From an uncultured Pseudomonadota bacterium (lineage in GTDB: Bacteria > Pseudomonadota > Gammaproteobacteria > Steroidobacterales > Steroidobacteraceae), in the NCBI GenBank assembly GCA_963802995.1, contig CAWDKU010000002.1, positions 2,772,003-2,804,002 on the forward strand: a stretch of DNA of 32,000 nt, written 5' to 3'. Within the stretch, counting starts at the first letter, position 1. Every line of letters begins with the position of its first letter. Below the pieces are notes generated by a model. That model had not been told where the DNA came from and searched no databases. It worked only from the letters and a program-made list of their open reading frames with translations. Both the position numbers and the translations under genes were made by a program. Below, in pieces: positions 20,589 through 31,018 of the stretch.

Positions 20589-20984
20589 ATGAGCATGACC
20601 GATCCCATTGCCGATCTCCTGACGCGCATCCGCAACGGCCAGACGGCCGGTAAGAGCGAAGTGCAGCTCGCGTCCTCGCGCCTGAAGACGGCCATCGTCA
20701 AGGTGCTGAAGGATGAAGGCTACATCGCCGACTTCCGTCTCGACGCCGAGGCCGGCAAGCCGCGCCTGACGATAGGGCTGAAGTATTTCGAGGGCCGCCC
20801 CGTCATTGACCGCCTGGAGCGTGTCAGCCGTCCCGGACTGCGGATCTACCGCGGCAAGGATGAGCTGCCCAAGGTCCTCGGCGGCATGGGGACGGTGATC
20901 GTCTCGACGCCCAAGGGCGTCATGACCGACAAGCAGGCGCGCGCGAGCGGGCAGGGCGGCGAAGTGCTCTGCATCGTCGCCTGA
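20589..20984 (+). CDS. rpsH: 30S ribosomal protein S8
   Basis: [17 protein letters not shown]... matches S8. The start is trimmed to the ATG at 20589. Confidence 0.96.
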   Translation: MSMTDPIADLLTRIRNGQTAGKSEVQLASSRLKTAIVKVLKDEGYIADFRLDAEAGKPRLTIGLKYFEGRPVIDRLERVSRPGLRIYRGKDELPKVLGGMGTVIVSTPKGVMTDKQARASGQGGEVLCIVA

Positions 20985-21009
20985 CGCGAAACCTTAGAGA
21001 CCAAGCATC

Positions 21010-21540
21010 ATGTCGAGAATTGCCAAAGCTCCGGTCGACCTGCCCTCGGGCGTGACCGCGACCATCGCCGCCACCCAGATCACCATCAAGGGCGCGAAGG
21101 GCTCGCTGAGCCTGCCGCTCAACAGTGGTGTCACGGTGACGGAGAAGGAAAAGAAGCTCGAGATCAAGTTCGACGACCCGGGCACGGCGCGCACCATGGC
21201 GGGTGCCACGCGCGCGCACCTCGCCAACATGGTGCAGGGCGTGACCAAGGGCTACGAGAAGAAGCTGGAGCTGGTGGGCGTCGGCTTCCGCGCCGCGGTG
21301 CAGGGCAAGAGCCTGAACCTCACGCTCGGCTTCTCGCACCCGGTGAACGTGCCGATCCCGGAAGGCATCAGCATCGAGACCCCGAGCCAGACCGAGATCC
21401 TGATCAAGGGCATCGACCGCCAGAAGGTGGGGCAGATCGCCGCCGAGATCCGCGACATCCGCCCGCCGGAGCCCTACAAGGGCAAGGGCGTGCGCTACGC
21501 GAACGAGAAGATCACCCTTAAAGAGGGGAAGAAGAAGTGA
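21010..21540 (+). CDS. rplF: 50S ribosomal protein L6
   Basis: The translation runs [15 protein letters not shown]... to ...[11 protein letters not shown]. Confidence 0.96.
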   Translation: MSRIAKAPVDLPSGVTATIAATQITIKGAKGSLSLPLNSGVTVTEKEKKLEIKFDDPGTARTMAGATRAHLANMVQGVTKGYEKKLELVGVGFRAAVQGKSLNLTLGFSHPVNVPIPEGISIETPSQTEILIKGIDRQKVGQIAAEIRDIRPPEPYKGKGVRYANEKITLKEGKKK

Positions 21541-21896
21541 TTATCACGAAGAAGCAGCGGCGCCTGCGCCGCGCCGTGAAGAGCCGCGCGCACATCAAGC
21601 AGCTGACCGTGGCGCGCCTGACCGTGCACCGCACTCCCAATCACATCTACGCCCAGGTGACCGATGCCGAGGGCGCCAAGGTCATCGCCGCGGCCTCCAC
21701 CGTGCAGGAGAAGGTGCGCGCGGGCCTCAAGGGCACCGGCAACGTGGAGGCGGCCAAGGCCGTCGGCCGCGCCATCGCCGAGCGCAGCAAGGCGGCCGGC
21801 GTGAGCAAGGTCGCCTTCGACCGCTCCGGATTCCAGTACCACGGGCGCGTCAAGGCGCTCGCGGATGCAGCCCGCGAAGCGGGTCTTGAGTTTTAG
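21537..21896 (+). CDS. rplR: 50S ribosomal protein L18
   Basis: ...[15 protein letters not shown]...[26 protein letters not shown] matches L18. The GTG start makes a GTGA overlap with rplF. Confidence 0.94.
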   Translation: MIITKKQRRLRRAVKSRAHIKQLTVARLTVHRTPNHIYAQVTDAEGAKVIAAASTVQEKVRAGLKGTGNVEAAKAVGRAIAERSKAAGVSKVAFDRSGFQYHGRVKALADAAREAGLEF

Positions 21897-21913
21897 GCAG
21901 AGGCACAGCACAT

Positions 21914-22420
21914 ATGGCAAGACCTGAGAAAGGCCAGCCGGCGGACGAGTTCGTCGAGAAGCTCGTGGCCGTCAACCGCACCGCCAAGGTGGTGAAGGGT
22001 GGCAGGCAGTTCGGCTTCACGGCGCTCACCGTGGTCGGGGACACCTCCGGCCGCGTCGGTTACGGCTTCGGCAAGGCGCGCGAGGTGCCGGTCGCGATCT
22101 CCAAGGCCATGACCCAGGCGCGCAAGAACCTCATCAACGTGTCGCTGCGGAACGATTCGCTGCACTACGCGGTCACGGGTAACCACGGCGCGACGCGGGT
22201 GTACATGCAGCCGGCCTCCGACGGTACCGGGGTCATCGCCGGCGGCGGCATGCGCGCGGTGCTCGAGTGCGCGGGCGTGCGTAACGTACTCGCCAAGAGC
22301 TACGGTTCGCGCAACCCGATCAACGTCGTGCGCGCGACCATCAACGCGCTGGCGAAGATCCGCTCGCCCGAGGACATCGCGGCGAAGCGCGGCAAGACCC
22401 TGGACGAGATCACGGGCTGA
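21914..22420 (+). CDS. rpsE: 30S ribosomal protein S5
   Basis: ...[27 protein letters not shown]... matches S5. Confidence 0.96.
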   Translation: MARPEKGQPADEFVEKLVAVNRTAKVVKGGRQFGFTALTVVGDTSGRVGYGFGKAREVPVAISKAMTQARKNLINVSLRNDSLHYAVTGNHGATRVYMQPASDGTGVIAGGGMRAVLECAGVRNVLAKSYGSRNPINVVRATINALAKIRSPEDIAAKRGKTLDEITG

Positions 22421-22425
22421 GTGCC

Positions 22426-22617
22426 ATGGCTGACAAACAGATCAAAGTGACGCTGGTGAAGAGCCTCAACGGGCAGCTGAAGAACATCGCCGCCTCCGCG
22501 CGCGGCCTCGGGCTGCGGCGCATCCACCAGAGCGTCATGGTCAATGACACGCGCGAGAACCGCGGCATGATCAACGCCGCCGTGCACCTGCTGCGCATCG
22601 AGGAGAAGGGCGCATGA
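22426..22617 (+). CDS. rpmD: 50S ribosomal protein L30
   Basis: ...GLGLRRI...RGMINA... matches L30. 63 aa. Confidence 0.94.
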   Translation: MADKQIKVTLVKSLNGQLKNIAASARGLGLRRIHQSVMVNDTRENRGMINAAVHLLRIEEKGA

Positions 22618-23054
22618 CGATGCGACTGAATTCAATGAAACCCGGCCCGGGCGCCAAGCGCCCGCGCCTGCGCGTGGGTCGCGGGGCCTCCGCCGGACAG
22701 GGCAAGACCTGCGGCCGCGGCACGAAGGGCCAGCGCGCGCGCAAGGGCGGCTACCACAAGGTCGGCTTCGAAGGCGGCCAGATGCCGATCCAGCGCCGCA
22801 TGCCGAAGGTGGGCTTCCGCTCGGCGATGAAGGCCACCCGCGCGGAAGTGCGCCTCGATGAGCTCGCCAAGGTCGAGGGCACGCTCGTGGACCTGGCGGC
22901 GCTGCTCAAGGCGCAGGTGGTGCCGGTGGGCACCGAGCGCGCCAAGATCATCCTCTCGGGTGAGTTCAAGAAGGCCGTGACGCTCAAGGGCATCGCGGTC
23001 ACCAAGGGTGCGCGGGCGGCCATCGAGGCGGCCGGCGGCAAGATCGAGGAATAG
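22614..23054 (+). CDS. rplO: 50S ribosomal protein L15
   Basis: (MT)MRLNSMKPG...[13 protein letters not shown]... matches L15. The ATG at 22614 makes an ATGA overlap with rpmD. The ATG at 22620 is an equally plausible start. Confidence 0.94.
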   Translation: MTMRLNSMKPGPGAKRPRLRVGRGASAGQGKTCGRGTKGQRARKGGYHKVGFEGGQMPIQRRMPKVGFRSAMKATRAEVRLDELAKVEGTLVDLAALLKAQVVPVGTERAKIILSGEFKKAVTLKGIAVTKGARAAIEAAGGKIEE

Positions 23055-23067
23055 GCGTACCGACTCC

Positions 23068-24414
23068 ATGGCCACCACGGTGAGCAGCTCCAGTTCCTTC
23101 AGCGACGTCGCACGCTCCAGCGAGCTGCGCGGCCGTCTGCTGTTTCTGCTCGGGGCGCTCATCGTCTACCGCATCGGCACCTTCATCCCGGTGCCGGGCA
23201 TCAACCCTGCGGAAGTGGCGCGCTTCTTCGGCGACCGCTCGAACACGATCCTCGGGATCGTCAACATGTTCTCCGGCGGCGCCCTGTCGCGGCTGTCGAT
23301 CTTCGCCATGGGCGTCATGCCCTACATCTCCGCCTCCATCATCATCCAGATGATGTCGATGGTGGTGCCGACGCTCTCGGAGCTGCGCAAGGAAGGCGAG
23401 TCGGGCCGCCGCAAGATCACCCAGTACACCCGCTACGGCACCGTGGCGCTGGCGCTGGTGCAGTCCTTCGCCGCCGCCGGAGCGCTCGACAAGGGTGGCC
23501 TCACCCTGGTGCACGGCTGGCCCTTCATGCTGACCGCCACCATCACCATGACGACCGGCACCATGTTCCTCATGTGGCTCGGCGAGCAGATCACCGAGCG
23601 CGGCATCGGCAACGGCATCTCGATGATCATCCTCTCGGGCATCGTCGCCGGCCTGCCGGGCGCGGTCGGCAACACCTTCGAGTCGGTGAGCAACGGCGAG
23701 ATGCAGGGCCCAGTCGCCCTGATAGTCCTGCTGCTGGTATTTGCCACCACCTACTTCGTGGTCTACGTGGAGCGCGCGCAGCGCCGCATCCCGGTCGACT
23801 ACGCCAAGCGCCAGGTGGGACGGCGCATGTACGCCGGGCAGACGAGCCACCTGCCCTTCAAGCTCAACATGTCGGGCGTGATCCCGCCGATCTTCGCCTC
23901 CAGCCTGCTGTTGTTCCCGGCGACGCTCGCCAGCTTCGCCGGCACCGGCTCGAACGGCCGCTTCGCGACCTTCATGCAGGACGTGGCCGCGGCGCTTGGC
24001 TACGGGCAGCCGCTGCACCTCGTGATCTACGCGGCCCTCATCATCTTCTTCTGCTTCTTCTACACGGCGCTGGTCTTCAACGCGCGCGACACGGCTGACA
24101 ATCTCAAGAAGTCCGGCGCCTTCGTGCGCGGCATCCGCCCCGGCCAGCAGACGGCCGAGTACATCGACGCGGTGCTCACGCGCCTGACGCTGTGGGGCGC
24201 GCTGTACGTCACCGCGGTGTGCCTGCTGCCGGAGATTCTCGTTTCCTGGAAGGGTGTGCCGTTCCATTTCGGTGGCACCTCGCTCCTCATCGTCGTCGTG
24301 GTGGTGATGGACTTCATTGCGCAGCTGAACGCGCACCTGATGTCGCATCAGTACCCGGGACTTCTCAAGAAGGCGAACCTGCTCGGCTCCGGCCGACCCG
24401 GTTCGGGTGGGTAA
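23068..24414 (+). CDS. secY: Preprotein translocase subunit SecY
   Basis: ...[26 protein letters not shown]..., ...[16 protein letters not shown]... and 10 hydrophobic segments identify SecY. The start is trimmed to the ATG at 23068. Confidence 0.96.
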   Translation: MATTVSSSSSFSDVARSSELRGRLLFLLGALIVYRIGTFIPVPGINPAEVARFFGDRSNTILGIVNMFSGGALSRLSIFAMGVMPYISASIIIQMMSMVVPTLSELRKEGESGRRKITQYTRYGTVALALVQSFAAAGALDKGGLTLVHGWPFMLTATITMTTGTMFLMWLGEQITERGIGNGISMIILSGIVAGLPGAVGNTFESVSNGEMQGPVALIVLLLVFATTYFVVYVERAQRRIPVDYAKRQVGRRMYAGQTSHLPFKLNMSGVIPPIFASSLLLFPATLASFAGTGSNGRFATFMQDVAAALGYGQPLHLVIYAALIIFFCFFYTALVFNARDTADNLKKSGAFVRGIRPGQQTAEYIDAVLTRLTLWGALYVTAVCLLPEILVSWKGVPFHFGGTSLLIVVVVVMDFIAQLNAHLMSHQYPGLLKKANLLGSGRPGSGG

Positions 24415-24416
24415 TC

Positions 24417-24530
24417 ATGAAAGTTCGTCCGTCGGTCAAGAAGATCTGCAAGAACTGCAAGGTCGTGCGCCGCCGCCGCGTGGTCTACGTCATCTGTTCA
24501 GATCCGCGTCACAAGCAGCGTCAGGGTTGA
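24417..24530 (+). CDS. rpmJ: 50S ribosomal protein L36 (zinc-ribbon C-x2-C-x12-C-x4-H form)
   Basis: [37 protein letters not shown] is the full translation. The gene lies inside a longer spurious ORF and starts 2 nt after the secY stop. Confidence 0.95.
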   Translation: MKVRPSVKKICKNCKVVRRRRVVYVICSDPRHKQRQG

Positions 24531-24541
24531 GGTACTAAAGC

Positions 24542-24922
24542 ATGGCACGCATCGCCGGCATCAATATCCCGATGAACAAGCACGTGTGGATCGGGCTCAC
24601 GCAGATCTACGGCGTGGGTCGCACGCGTGCGCGCGCGGCCTGCGCGGCCGCAGGGGTCGCGCCCACCACCAAGGTGAAGGATCTCACCGAGGCGGAAGTG
24701 AACGCGATCCGCTCGCAGATCGCGAAGTTCGCGGTCGAGGGCGACCTGCGCCGTGAGGTCTCGATGAACATCAAGCGCCTGATGGACCTCGGGTCCTGGC
24801 GCGGCATCCGCCACCGTCGCGGACTGCCGGTACGCGGTCAGCGCACGCGCACCAACGCCCGTACCCGCAAGGGTCCGCGCAAGCAGGCGGTGAAGCTGAA
24901 CGCACCACCTGGAAAGGCATAA
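24542..24922 (+). CDS. rpsM: 30S ribosomal protein S13
   Basis: The translation runs [10 protein letters not shown]... to ...[19 protein letters not shown]. Confidence 0.96.
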   Translation: MARIAGINIPMNKHVWIGLTQIYGVGRTRARAACAAAGVAPTTKVKDLTEAEVNAIRSQIAKFAVEGDLRREVSMNIKRLMDLGSWRGIRHRRGLPVRGQRTRTNARTRKGPRKQAVKLNAPPGKA

Positions 24923-24935
24923 GGCTTAAGTACAC

Positions 24936-25373
24936 ATGGCTGAAGAGAAAGCAAAGCAGGGCGCTTCCGCCGGCAACGCAGCTGCGGCTGCGGGCGGGGC
25001 GAAGAAGCCGAAGAAGGCGCGCAAGAACGTGCTCGATGCGATCGCGCACGTGCACGCCTCCTTCAACAACACCATCATCACGATCACCGATCGCCAGGGG
25101 AACACCCTCTCCTGGGCGACCTCGGGCGGCTGTGGCTTCCGCGGCTCGCGCAAGTCGACGCCGTTCGCCGCCCAGGTGGCGGCCGAGAAGGCCGGCGTCG
25201 CGGCGCAGGAGCACGGCGTCAAGAACGTCGAGGTGCGTGTCGGGGGCCCCGGCCCCGGTCGCGAGTCGGCCGTGCGGGCACTGAACAACTGTGGACTGAA
25301 GATCACCAGCATCTCGGACGTGACGCCGATCCCGCACAACGGGTGCCGTCCGCCGAAGAAGCGTCGGGTCTGA
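24936..25373 (+). CDS. rpsK: 30S ribosomal protein S11 (Ala/Lys-rich N-terminal extension)
   Basis: ...[19 protein letters not shown]...[14 protein letters not shown]... matches S11. At 145 aa it is longer than the 129 aa of E. coli S11. Confidence 0.96.
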   Translation: MAEEKAKQGASAGNAAAAAGGAKKPKKARKNVLDAIAHVHASFNNTIITITDRQGNTLSWATSGGCGFRGSRKSTPFAAQVAAEKAGVAAQEHGVKNVEVRVGGPGPGRESAVRALNNCGLKITSISDVTPIPHNGCRPPKKRRV

Positions 25374-25386
25374 GGGTTAGAGAACT

Positions 25387-26010
25387 ATGGCGCGATATAC
25401 CGGTCCGAAGTGCAAGCTCGCCCGCCGCGAGGGCACCGATCTTTTCCTGAAGTCGGGCGTCAAGCCGCTCGAGAACAAGTGCAAGTTCACCGTGCCCCCG
25501 GGAGGGGTCAAGGGCGAGCGTCGCCAGCGCCTGTCCGACTACGGCCTGCAGCTGCGCGAGAAGCAGAAGCTGCGCCGCATGTACGGCGTGCTCGAGCGCC
25601 AGTTCGGCAACTACTACACTGAGGCTGCGCGCAAGGCCGGCGCCACCGGCGAGAACCTGCTGAAGCTCCTGGAGTGCCGCCTCGACAACGTGGTGTACCG
25701 CATGGGCTTCGCTTCGACGCGCTCCGAGGCGCGCCAGCTGGTGAGCCACAAGTCGATCACCGTGAACGAGAAGCCGGTGACCATCGCCTCCTACCAGGTG
25801 AAGGCCGGCGACATCGTGCAGGTGCGCGAGAAGTCGCGTAAGCAGCTGCGCATCACGGCGGCCCTGGGCATTGCCCAGCAGGTCGGACTGCCGGACTGGG
25901 TGGACGTGAACACCGAGCAGTTCCGCGGCGTGTTCAAGTCGGCCCCGGGCCGTGATGACATCCTTCCCGACATCAACGAGAACCTGGTCGTCGAGCTGTA
26001 TTCGAAGTAA
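25387..26010 (+). CDS. rpsD: 30S ribosomal protein S4
   Basis: [24 protein letters not shown]... matches S4. Confidence 0.97.
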   Translation: MARYTGPKCKLARREGTDLFLKSGVKPLENKCKFTVPPGGVKGERRQRLSDYGLQLREKQKLRRMYGVLERQFGNYYTEAARKAGATGENLLKLLECRLDNVVYRMGFASTRSEARQLVSHKSITVNEKPVTIASYQVKAGDIVQVREKSRKQLRITAALGIAQQVGLPDWVDVNTEQFRGVFKSAPGRDDILPDINENLVVELYSK

Positions 26011-26029
26011 TCGCATCCGCTTGAATTGC

Positions 26030-26044
26030 GGGGGCTTTGCCCCC
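26030..26044 (+). other. Short GC hairpin in the 99-nt rpsD-rpoA spacer
   Basis: The arms gggggc and gccccc pair around ttt. The hairpin is followed by atttcgg. Confidence 0.3.
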
Positions 26045-26109
26045 ATTTCGGCGGGTCCTACCGTGTTTCCTTTTGCGCCGGTCACAGTTGCCGGCAAGGT
26101 GAGACTGCA

Positions 26110-27114
26110 ATGCAGGGTTCTGTAAGCGAGTTCCTGAGGCCGCGTGTGGTTAAGGTGCAGCCGGTGGCGCCGCGCCAGGCGCGGGTCGTGATCGAGCCGT
26201 TCGAGCGGGGCTTCGGCCACACGCTCGGCAACGCGCTGCGCCGCGTGCTCCTGTCATCCATGCCAGGCAGTGCGGTCACCGAGGTCGAGATCGACGGCGT
26301 GCTGCACGAGTACACCAGCATCGAGGGTGTGCAGGAAGACGTGGTCGACATCCTCCTCAACCTGAAGTCCGTGGCGCTGCGCATGCACTCGCGCGACTCC
26401 GCGGAGCTGCGCCTGCACAAGAAGGGCCCCGGCCCGGTCACCGCCGGTGACATCCAGACCGACCACGACGTCGAGGTGGTCAACCCCGAGCTCGTGATCG
26501 CCAACCTCACCAAGGCGGGCGAGCTGTCCATGACCCTGCGCGTCGAGCGCGGCCGCGGCTACCGCCCGGCGGCGACGCGCGTGGCCTTCGAGGAGCAGAC
26601 GCGCCCCATCGGCCGCCTGCAGCTCGATGCCTCCTTCTCGCCGGTGCGGCGCGTGACCTACTCGGTCGACGCGGCGCGCGTCGAGCAGCGCACCGACCTC
26701 GACAAGCTGGTCATCGACATCGAGACCAACGGCACGATCGACGCGGAAGAGGCGATCCGCCGCGCCGGCAGCATCCTCAAGGACCAGCTGTCGGTGTTCG
26801 TGGACCTGCAGGGCGAGGAAGAGACCTCGACCAAGGTCTCCGAGATGCAGTTCGACCCGATCCTGCTGCGCCCCGTGGACGAGCTCGAGCTCACCGTGCG
26901 CAGTGCCAACTGCCTCAAGGCCGAGAACATCCACTACATCGGCGACCTGGTGCAGCGCACCGAGGTCGAGCTGCTGCGCACGCCGAACCTGGGCAAGAAG
27001 TCCCTCACCGAGATCAAGGAAGTGCTGCAGAGCCACGGCCTGATGCTCGGCATGCGCCTCGACGGCTGGCCGCCGGCGGGCCTGAAGCACGACGACGAGC
27101 GCGACGTGATCTGA
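26110..27114 (+). CDS. rpoA: DNA-directed RNA polymerase subunit alpha
   Basis: [18 protein letters not shown]...[23 protein letters not shown]... matches the N-terminal region. The C-terminal domain contains ...[22 protein letters not shown].... The start is trimmed to the ATG at 26110, preceded by aaggtgag. Confidence 0.96.
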   Translation: MQGSVSEFLRPRVVKVQPVAPRQARVVIEPFERGFGHTLGNALRRVLLSSMPGSAVTEVEIDGVLHEYTSIEGVQEDVVDILLNLKSVALRMHSRDSAELRLHKKGPGPVTAGDIQTDHDVEVVNPELVIANLTKAGELSMTLRVERGRGYRPAATRVAFEEQTRPIGRLQLDASFSPVRRVTYSVDAARVEQRTDLDKLVIDIETNGTIDAEEAIRRAGSILKDQLSVFVDLQGEEETSTKVSEMQFDPILLRPVDELELTVRSANCLKAENIHYIGDLVQRTEVELLRTPNLGKKSLTEIKEVLQSHGLMLGMRLDGWPPAGLKHDDERDVI

Positions 27115-27121
27115 TTTGAGC

Positions 27122-27143
27122 GCGGGCCGCGCGGGCGGCCCGC
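27122..27143 (+). other. 9-bp GC hairpin in the 104-nt rpoA-rplQ spacer
   Basis: The arms gcgggccgc and gcggcccgc pair around the loop gcgg. No U-tract follows. Confidence 0.35.
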
Positions 27144-27218
27144 ACTTCCTGTGCCGGCGACACCCACGGGTGCCAGGCGCGTGCGGGAAGGCGAAGTAGA
27201 ACGAGCGAAGGGTTATTT

Positions 27219-27731
27219 ATGCGTCACCATCTTTCCGGTCGGCAGCTGTCGCGTAACAGCACGCACCGGCATGCGCTCCTGCGCAACATGTCGGTCTCGC
27301 TGCTGCGTCACGAGACGATCCGCACCACGCTGCCCAAGGCCAAGGAGCTGCGCCGCGTGGTCGAGCCGTTCATCACGCTCGCCAAGATCGACAGTGATGC
27401 CAACCGGCGCATCGCCTTCTCGCGCCTGCGCGACGTGCAGATCGTCGAGAAGCTCTTCACCGACCTGGGTCCGCGCTTCAAGGCGCGCCCGGGCGGCTAC
27501 ACGCGCATCCTGCGCATGAACCCCCGCCCCGGTGACTCAGCTCCCATGGCGCTGATGCTGCTGGTGGACGGACCGCAGGCGAGCGCGGCCGAGGAGCCGA
27601 CCGAGGGCACGAAGAAGCCCGCGCGCCGCGGCAAGACCCCGGCGAAGGCCAAAGCCAAGGTCAAGGCCGAAACCGCGGAAGCGGCCGAAGCTCCGAAGAA
27701 GCGCACCCGCAAGAAGAAAGCCGCCGCCTGA
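27219..27731 (+). CDS. rplQ: 50S ribosomal protein L17 (Lys/Ala-rich C-terminal tail)
   Basis: [24 protein letters not shown]... matches L17. At 170 aa it is longer than the 127 aa of E. coli L17. Confidence 0.96.
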   Translation: MRHHLSGRQLSRNSTHRHALLRNMSVSLLRHETIRTTLPKAKELRRVVEPFITLAKIDSDANRRIAFSRLRDVQIVEKLFTDLGPRFKARPGGYTRILRMNPRPGDSAPMALMLLVDGPQASAAEEPTEGTKKPARRGKTPAKAKAKVKAETAEAAEAPKKRTRKKKAAA

Positions 27732-27763
27732 AGTCGGCAGCGAGCTCGAACGGCAACTGAAGC

Positions 27764-27796
27764 GAGGGCCGCCCGAAGAGGCGGCCCTCGTCGTTT
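27764..27796 (+). terminator. Rho-independent-type terminator ending the ribosomal/rpoA transcription unit
   Basis: A 10-bp stem pairs gagggccgcc with ggcggccctc around the loop cgaaga. The stem is followed by gtcgttt. Confidence 0.65.
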
Positions 27797-27884
27797 GCGC
27801 TGCCGGTCCTCTGTCGCTAGGCTGACATCAGGCCGGTGGGTCGCGCCGGGGCCTTAGAAAACCAATTAAAGGGGAGGATGCCCG

Positions 27885-28280
27885 ATGAGTTTCGCTTCGG
27901 AATTCAAAGAGTTCGCCATGAAGGGCAACGTCATCGACCTGGCGGTCGGTGTCGTCATCGGTGCCGCGTTCGGCAAGATCGTGAGCTCGCTCGTCGGCGA
28001 CGTGATCATGCCGCTGCTCTCGCCGCTCCTCGGCAGCATCAATTTCAGCGATCTGGCGCTTAGGATCGCGACCGACGGGGCTGGCAAGCCGGTGCTGTTC
28101 AAATACGGCTCGTTCCTGCAGACGTGCCTCGAGTTCCTGATCATCGCCTTCGCCATCTTCCTCGTCGTGAAAGGGATCAACCGGTTGAAGCGGCCGCACC
28201 CCAGTGCTCCGCCGCCGCCGCCTTCGACGACCGATACATTACTCCAGGAAATCAGGGATATTCTTGCCAAGAAGGCCTGA
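27885..28280 (+). CDS. mscL: Large-conductance mechanosensitive channel
   Basis: [43 protein letters not shown]... matches MscL. Two TM helices. The Shine-Dalgarno aggggagga lies upstream. Confidence 0.93.
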   Translation: MSFASEFKEFAMKGNVIDLAVGVVIGAAFGKIVSSLVGDVIMPLLSPLLGSINFSDLALRIATDGAGKPVLFKYGSFLQTCLEFLIIAFAIFLVVKGINRLKRPHPSAPPPPPSTTDTLLQEIRDILAKKA

Positions 28281-28299
28281 TCTGTACCTCAGGTGATTC

Positions 28300-28325
28300 A
28301 ATCGGGGGCCACGTGGCCCCCGATT
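28300..28325. terminator. Palindromic hairpin between convergent mscL and pepQ (candidate bidirectional terminator)
   Basis: The 11-bp arms aatcgggggcc and ggcccccgatt pair around the loop acgt. The sequence is a perfect palindrome. Flanking T/A content is weak. Confidence 0.5.
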
Positions 28326-28337
28326 CCTTGTGCGGGC

Positions 28338-29678
<1,341 letters not shown>

Positions 29679-29750
29679 GATTCCAACCTCTTGTTGACGT
29701 GTCAGCTCTCGCTTGTCGTTTCAGCCCGACAGCAGCGATTAGCCGAGAGT

Positions 29751-29779
29751 TTCCAATCGTACCGGGACTTCTATAGAAT
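29751..29779 (+). promoter_or_regulatory. Possible sigma70 promoter for the small lipoprotein gene
   Basis: TTCCAA, a 17-nt spacer, then TAGAAT (29774-29779). The -35 is weak. Confidence 0.35.
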
Positions 29780-29870
29780 TTGCCTCCCGCTGCTGCCGGA
29801 ACGGGGCGCGGAACGACCACAAAAGGTCGTCGTCTAATCCTCACAACTGCTTCCTTCGGGGTACCGATCG

Positions 29871-30173
29871 ATGAACACCAAACTTGCTCTTAGCGCCGTG
29901 GTTGCCGCGCTGATGCTGACGGCCTGCGCGAAGCAGGAATCCGCAGGCACCGATGCTGCCACTCCTCCTGCTGCTCCTGCCGCTGCCGCCGCTCAGGCTG
30001 CCGGCCAGGCTGCGACCAACGCTGCCGACGCTGCCGGTAACGCAGCCTCGGCTGCGGGCCAGGCCGCGGGCTCTGCTGCCGACGCTGCCAGCTCCGCTGC
30101 GCAGTCTGCCGGGCAGGCCGCGTCCGATGCCGCCAAGGCCGCGTCTGACAGCTCGACGCCGCCGAAGCAGTAA
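29871..30173 (+). CDS. Small alanine-rich repeat lipoprotein (hypothetical)
   Basis: The signal peptide carries the lipobox LTAC (Cys19). The mature part is about 60% Ala and contains three 18-residue repeats. The tail is STPPKQ. Confidence 0.65.
   Translation: MNTKLALSAVVAALMLTACAKQESAGTDAATPPAAPAAAAAQAAGQAATNAADAAGNAASAAGQAAGSAADAASSAAQSAGQAASDAAKAASDSSTPPKQ
29997..30158 (+). repeat. Three tandem 54-nt (18-codon) imperfect repeats inside the lipoprotein gene
   Basis: The three units are AAGQAATNAADAAGNAAS, AAGQAAGSAADAASSAAQ and SAGQAASDAAKAASDSST. Columns 2-6, 9-10 and 12-13 are conserved. Confidence 0.7.
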
Positions 30174-30196
30174 GCTTCACGCTTACGGCTGAGAAC

Positions 30197-30246
30197 ACGG
30201 CCCGGACGGTTCGCGGTTTGCGAGCTGTCCGGGCCGTTTCTTTTTG
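30197..30246 (+). terminator. Rho-independent-type terminator after the lipoprotein gene
   Basis: An 11-bp stem pairs acggcccggac with gtccgggccgt around a 19-nt loop. The stem is followed by ttctttttg. Confidence 0.6.
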
Positions 30247-30285
30247 CAGGATCGCCAGCGCCTAACTTCATGGACTGAGTTGCCT

Positions 30286-30804
30286 ATGACCGTCGCCGCA
30301 GTGAGTGTGCGCGATGCCCGGGCGGCACCCGCCGACCGCCTGTGGATCCAGAGCGTCTACCGCGACTACCTCGATGATCTCAATCCCGGCACGGGCCTGT
30401 TTCCGCGCCTCGGGGAGATCGGCCACCGCGAACCGGACCAGATCGCACACTGGTTCGGGGACCCCAACACCTATCCACTCGTCATCATGCGCGGCGAGGA
30501 GCCGGTAGGCTTCGCGCGCGTGGTGCGGGTGTTGCCGACCGCAAGGCAGCCGCGCATCGATTACCGCCTGGCGGAGTTCTTCATCGCGCGCCCGCGGCGC
30601 CGGCTCGGGATCGGGCAGACCGCGGTGCAGCTTATCCTCAGCCGCTTCGCCGGCCAGTGGGAGATCACCGAGTACCTGAGGAATGCGAGCGCCGTGAGCT
30701 TCTGGCGCCGCGTCGTCGGCAGCTACACGCAGGGCAGCTTCACCGAGCGCGTCACGAACGGCGAAGTCCACCAGCTGTTTGTTTCCGGGAAGCCGCGCTC
30801 GTAG
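30286..30804 (+). CDS. GNAT-like acetyltransferase (predicted)
   Basis: The 172-aa translation has a GNAT core-like segment ...VGFARVV...AEFFIARPRRRLGIGQTAVQLIL.... The start is trimmed to the ATG at 30286. Family placement needs an HMM search. Confidence 0.55.
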   Translation: MTVAAVSVRDARAAPADRLWIQSVYRDYLDDLNPGTGLFPRLGEIGHREPDQIAHWFGDPNTYPLVIMRGEEPVGFARVVRVLPTARQPRIDYRLAEFFIARPRRRLGIGQTAVQLILSRFAGQWEITEYLRNASAVSFWRRVVGSYTQGSFTERVTNGEVHQLFVSGKPRS

Positions 30805-31018
30805 CAGCCGGCGCGCAGGAGCCGCAGCCGGCGGCGAGCTTGGAGAGCGCGTGCAAGCGCAGCGCCTGGAACCAGCTGGCGGTGCCCAGCCCGGGCACTC
30901 GCGCGAGTGCATCCATGACGCGCATGCGCAGGCGCGCCGACAGCAGCCGCCAGGCGCTGTAGAGCGCGCACAGCAGCACCACGACCGCCACGATCAGCCC
31001 CTGCAGCACCGCGCTCAC
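30752..31018 (-). CDS. Small membrane protein with C-terminal GCGSC motif, translationally coupled to feoB (FeoB-associated small protein, unassigned family)
   Basis: GTG at 31018 overlaps the feoB TGA (GTGA). The N-terminal TM helix is VLQGLIVAVVVLLCALYSAWRLL. A basic region follows, then ...KLAAGCGSCAPA.... It is only visible as the tail of the spurious 373-aa ORF 30752-31873. Confidence 0.5.
   Translation of the reverse strand: MSAVLQGLIVAVVVLLCALYSAWRLLSARLRMRVMDALARVPGLGTASWFQALRLHALSKLAAGCGSCAPAATSAASRKQTAGGLRRS

Noticed and set aside
22999-24348. 449-aa minus-strand ORF antisense to secY
   Set aside because: It mirrors secY. Its composition is extremely rich in Arg, His, Asp, Glu and Gly, and it has no domain signature.
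28190-28230. PPPPP run in the MscL cytoplasmic linker ([10 protein letters not shown]) as a possible EF-P-dependent regulatory stall
   Set aside because: The MscL TM2-to-C-terminal-helix linker is naturally variable and Pro/Ala-rich in other species. There is nothing beyond low complexity to support a regulatory role.
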